Shown here: in pieces, positions 29,330-31,793 of the stretch | Numbering within the stretch: the first letter of the stretch is position 1 | Layout: every line of letters starts with the position of its first letter | Source of the DNA: Elainellaceae cyanobacterium | GTDB taxonomy: Bacteria; Cyanobacteriota; Cyanobacteriia; CAZCXK01 | Length of the DNA: 31,793 nucleotides | Assembly: GCA_051117555.1 (NCBI GenBank) | Contig: JBNPEG010000107.1 | Coordinates: forward strand, 1 to 31,793 | Direction of reading: 5' to 3' | The notes under the pieces: model-generated | Told to the model about the DNA's origin: nothing | Seen by the model: the letters and a program-made list of their open reading frames with translations, nothing else | The model's database searches: none | Translations under genes and position numbers: made by a program

Positions 29330-29358
29330 GTTGTTTTTCGCACCTCAACCCAACCTAC
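29330..29358 (-). repeat. Degenerate GTAG-REP copy
   Basis: ..TTTCGCACCTCAACCCAACCTAC matches ..TTTCGTTCCTCAACCGCAACCTAC inside the 16546 element. Confidence 0.65.
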
Positions 29359-29373
29359 GAATGAGCGATTGCA

Positions 29374-29781
29374 CTACTTCTCTGCAAGAGCATGACAAGC
29401 GCTTAGGCAAGAGAACCCAATACTTGCCGTGATAGAACCTGCAAGAACAGCTTTAATTCCCCACCCTATAACCGGAATAAAATTCAGCATTTCGGCAACT
29501 GCAGCATGTCCCAATTTAGTTCCCACAAACGCTAATCCACCACCACCCGCTACAGCTATGCCATTCTTTATCAAAAAATCTTTAATTCCGTCTTTCGAGA
29601 TATCTTCAGAAAAATAGAGATTATAAATTGTCACACACATAGCAATTTCTGCTGCTGAGAACACAGCGTGCTTTCCAGTTTCAACTCCAGGAGTGGGAAC
29701 TGCGGCTCCACCGGCATTTGCTGTTGTGGTCGCTATGATTGCAAGAATAGCTTTGTTCCTTTTTGTCGTCAGAGAATCCAT
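29374..29781 (-). CDS. Small glycine/alanine-rich membrane-associated protein (DUF697-like)
   Basis: AAVPTPG, AEIAM..IYNLY, LNFIPVIGW.IKA; GGAG RBS (frame also open back to ATG 29952). Confidence 0.6.
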   Translation of the reverse strand: MDSLTTKRNKAILAIIATTTANAGGAAVPTPGVETGKHAVFSAAEIAMCVTIYNLYFSEDISKDGIKDFLIKNGIAVAGGGGLAFVGTKLGHAAVAEMLNFIPVIGWGIKAVLAGSITASIGFSCLSACHALAEK

Positions 29782-29985
29782 GAACATGCTCCACTTTGAC
29801 GAATGATAGTTAACAAATGATTTCAAATTACTGCAATTTACTAAGAAACTCAATAGACTTAATCGGAAATAGTGGAGCCCTTGATACGCAAGGCTTTCAG
29901 AGATCGGCCATAAACCAACTGGAATCCTTGTCACGTAAGCGTTTGACGCCATCTTTCCCCCCCTTATTACCGATAATGTCTAGCG

Positions 29986-30005
29986 GTCTAACAATGTTAT
30001 TAGAC
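29986..30005 (-). other. Probable attI site
   Basis: Minus strand GTCTAATAACATT-GTTAGAC: GTTRRRY core with an inverted degenerate L box, about 190 bp upstream of divergent intI. Confidence 0.7.
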
Positions 30006-30143
30006 AGAAAGTTTCCGTATATTGTCCTCAGGGGGGTAGATATGCGGAAACTTTCTGCACATCTACCTCGATTGGCTAGATCGCAAGAAACTTTCCACAT
30101 ATTATCCCGATCCAGGTAGATCGCAAGAAACTTTCCACATATT
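30001..30143. repeat. Four 40-bp-phased repeats with palindromic core GAAASTTTC
   Basis: Cores start at 30007, 30047, 30087, 30127; last two units share 27 identical bp. Confidence 0.9.
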
Positions 30144-30190
30144 TTCAGGTATAGTACATGTAGTCTACTGAGTTGCATTTGCTACATGTC

Positions 30191-30454
30191 ATGCCAGTTT
30201 TACCTGAACATTCTACGGGGCCAAAGCCCAAGAAGCTTTTAGACCAGGTTCGCGAGGTGATGCGCTTAAAGCATTATGCTTATCGCACCGAAGAAACTTA
30301 ATCCATTGGATAAAGCGATACATTCTGTTCCATCACAAACGACATCCTAGAGATATGGGATGTGTTGAGATTGAGGCATTCCTAGACGACGATGATTTAT
30401 ACCCATGTACTCAATCGGGGTGGCAGGGGAGTTCGAAGTCCGTTGGATGGGTGA
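30191..30454 (+). pseudogene. intI: Integron integrase, frameshifted and internally deleted
   Basis: KLLDQVREVMRLKHYAYRTEET / IHWIKRYILFHHKRHPRDMG..EIEAFL fused to TTMIYTHVLNRGGRGVRSPLDG*. Confidence 0.92.
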
Positions 30455-30525
30455 AGGCGATCGCCAAAGACCGTTCCTAAAGGATCATCACCCCACAACC
30501 CCATTAAATCTTTCTAATAAGCCAA

Positions 30526-30539
30526 AGTACGGTTGTATT
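30526..30539. promoter_or_regulatory. Possible cyanobacterial LexA box
   Basis: AGTACGGTTGTATT, one mismatch to RGTACNNNDGTWCB, just upstream of TACACT (-10-like) and leader B. Confidence 0.35.
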
Positions 30540-30570
30540 TCTTTCACGAATACACTATTCTTTGCCATTA

Positions 30571-30760
30571 AGCGCTCAAACAGCGCAGCGCTCCCTAGAA
30601 GTGGTGGGACACAACTAGGAAGCTAACCCCTGACCCTGTTCTAGGCAGAATCAGTGGCTTTAGGCATTTTAGCTCCTATCGCCATCCTTCTTTGCCATGT
30701 CAAGTATCAGGGTGGCGTGTTTGTTTGAGCGCTCTTTATCAGAAAAAAGGAGCGTACTTC
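30571..30760 (+). ncRNA. Putative structured cis-regulatory leader, copy B
   Basis: Closing IR AGCGCTCAAACA/TGTTTGAGCGCT; hairpin GCTCCCTAG-AA-GTG-N6-CAC-AA-CTAGGAAGC then TAACCCC; CGCCATCCT/AGGGTGGCG hairpin; anti-SD stem CGCTCTTT/AAGGAGCG. Confidence 0.65.
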
Positions 30761-30997
30761 ATGGTTTATCCTCCCAATCCGCCCGGTGGGGCGGACAGTT
30801 CATCGCGTCCAGATGATGATCGCCATACCCTGCGCATCATTGCAGTAGGGTCGCTTACTGTTGTGAACCATCACATCATGCAGATGTATCAACTCGACTA
30901 TGCCGAACCGGGTGACTGGTCAAAGCCATTGCCCACGGTGAATCCCAATGAGGTGATGCGGATTTTGACCAAACGCATTCGGGGGTTGAATACCTAG
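30761..30997 (+). CDS. Small protein of unknown function (78 aa), paralog of 17816-18121
   Basis: AAGGAG RBS; RHTLRIIAVGS..V...I.....LDYAEPGDWS. Confidence 0.8.
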   Translation: MVYPPNPPGGADSSSRPDDDRHTLRIIAVGSLTVVNHHIMQMYQLDYAEPGDWSKPLPTVNPNEVMRILTKRIRGLNT

Positions 30998-31067
30998 GCT
31001 GGTTGACTGGCAAGACTCTGCACAGCCGATGTTGGATAGGTGAGAGCGTTTAGATTTTCGTGTCAGT

Positions 31068-31085
31068 GCGACCGAGGACGGTCGC
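31068..31085. terminator. GC-rich hairpin downstream of 30761-30997
   Basis: GCGACCG-AGGA-CGGTCGC; no strong U tract, may instead be a dispersed repeat. Confidence 0.3.
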
Positions 31086-31185
31086 GTATTCCTTAATTAC
31101 ACAAAATCTTGAATGCTCTCATGCCTGTCTTTCTGGGGGCTGATCAGTCTCTCCAGGGTGGTCTACTCAACCTGCAAAGTGTTAT

Positions 31186-31437
31186 TTCGAGCCTTCTTTC
31201 CTTTAGTTTGGGACTCATTTCCTTTAGTTCGGGACTCATTTCCTTTAGTTCGGGACTCATTTCCTTTAGTTTGAGCCTTCTTTCCTTTAGTTCGGGACTC
31301 ATTTCCTTTAGTTCGAGCCTTCTTTCCTTTATTTCGAGACTCATTTCCTTTAGTTTGAGACTCATTTCCTTTAGTTTGAGACTCATTTCCTTTAGTTTGG
31401 GACTCATTTCCTTTAGTTCGGGACTCATTTCCTTTAG
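31186..31437 (-). repeat. 21-bp tandem array, 12 units, encoding LKEMSPE/LKERRLE heptads
   Basis: Units counted from the translation; ORF 31144-31497 possible; opposite strand also open (SFSSGLI heptads). Confidence 0.92.
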
Positions 31438-31535
31438 TTCGCTGCGCTCATTCACTCGAACGATACGCCGTACATTTCCTGCAAACGCTAATTCCATTTG
31501 TTTTTTGGAGCGATCGCTTAGTTGAAAAGGGCAGT

Positions 31536-31640
31536 ATGACCAATTCTTCAAAGTAAGGCTACAAATGAACAGGCTAGAACCCTTGCAAGGCTGGTGGCCG
31601 TCAATCCAAAATCGCAAATCCAAAATCGAGAATTGGTATA
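31536..31640. mobile_element. Miniature inverted-repeat element with ACCAATTCT/AGAATTGGT ends and internal AATCCAA/AATCGCA heptamers
   Basis: Inverted ends at 31539-31547 and 31629-31637; related ends at 11756-11781, 16215 and 17134. Confidence 0.65.
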
Positions 31641-31793
31641 TGACCCTGCCAAACAGGCCAACAAATGAAATGGTAATTGCTCAACTAGGTTGACCAAAGC
31701 AAGCCTCCAGCAGAAAATGGTAAGCTTTTGCCATGAAGGAACTGCCCCCTCTAGATAGACTAAGCCCCGCCGAAAAGGATGCCCTCATTGAAG

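Noticed and set aside
30001..30143. Mini CRISPR array
   Set aside because: Period is 40 bp with only about 13 variable bases, units are degenerate and there are no cas genes; better explained as attI-proximal repeats
29817..30178. ORFs 29817-30119 and 29897-30178
   Set aside because: Read through attI and the 40-bp repeats; no protein-like features
30405..30760. ORF 30405-30626 and the TTG extension 30692-30760
   Set aside because: The first overlaps the intI tail in another frame; the second is leader sequence upstream of the RBS-supported ATG at 30761

Overview
Cyanobacterial chromosome segment, judged from the many HIP1 GCGATCGC octamers and heptamer STRR repeats. The left half (1-16.1 kb) is mostly housekeeping or ion homeostasis. 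It holds an N-type (predicted Na+-translocating) ATPase operon atpD-C-Q-R-B-E-F-A-G (minus strand, atpG cut by the window edge), a carotenoid oxygenase, an NAD-dependent epimerase plus hemE, a LysR/SDR/F420-reductase islet, ureA and ureB split by an unrelated gene, and an NhaC-family transporter. The right half (16.2-31.8 kb) is an accessory/defence island. It contains nested miniature inverted-repeat elements, decayed TA pairs, an intact AAA-ATPase + S8 protease pair (ietAS type), a Uma2 nuclease, a FecR-domain protein and an internally deleted IS5. It also contains an unannotated decaying integron: a collapsed intI pseudogene, an attI-like site, four 40-bp-phased palindromic boxes and at least two clear attC sites, with hicBA, P-loop kinase, DUF6887-like and EamA cargo. 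The most unusual signal is a pair of paralogous small genes of unknown function (17816-18121 and 30761-30997). Each is preceded by a ~190-nt leader of different sequence but the same covarying secondary structure, including a mutually exclusive anti-Shine-Dalgarno switch. Each also lies next to a 12 x 21-bp heptad-coding tandem array. All family assignments are from motif recognition by eye; no searches were run.
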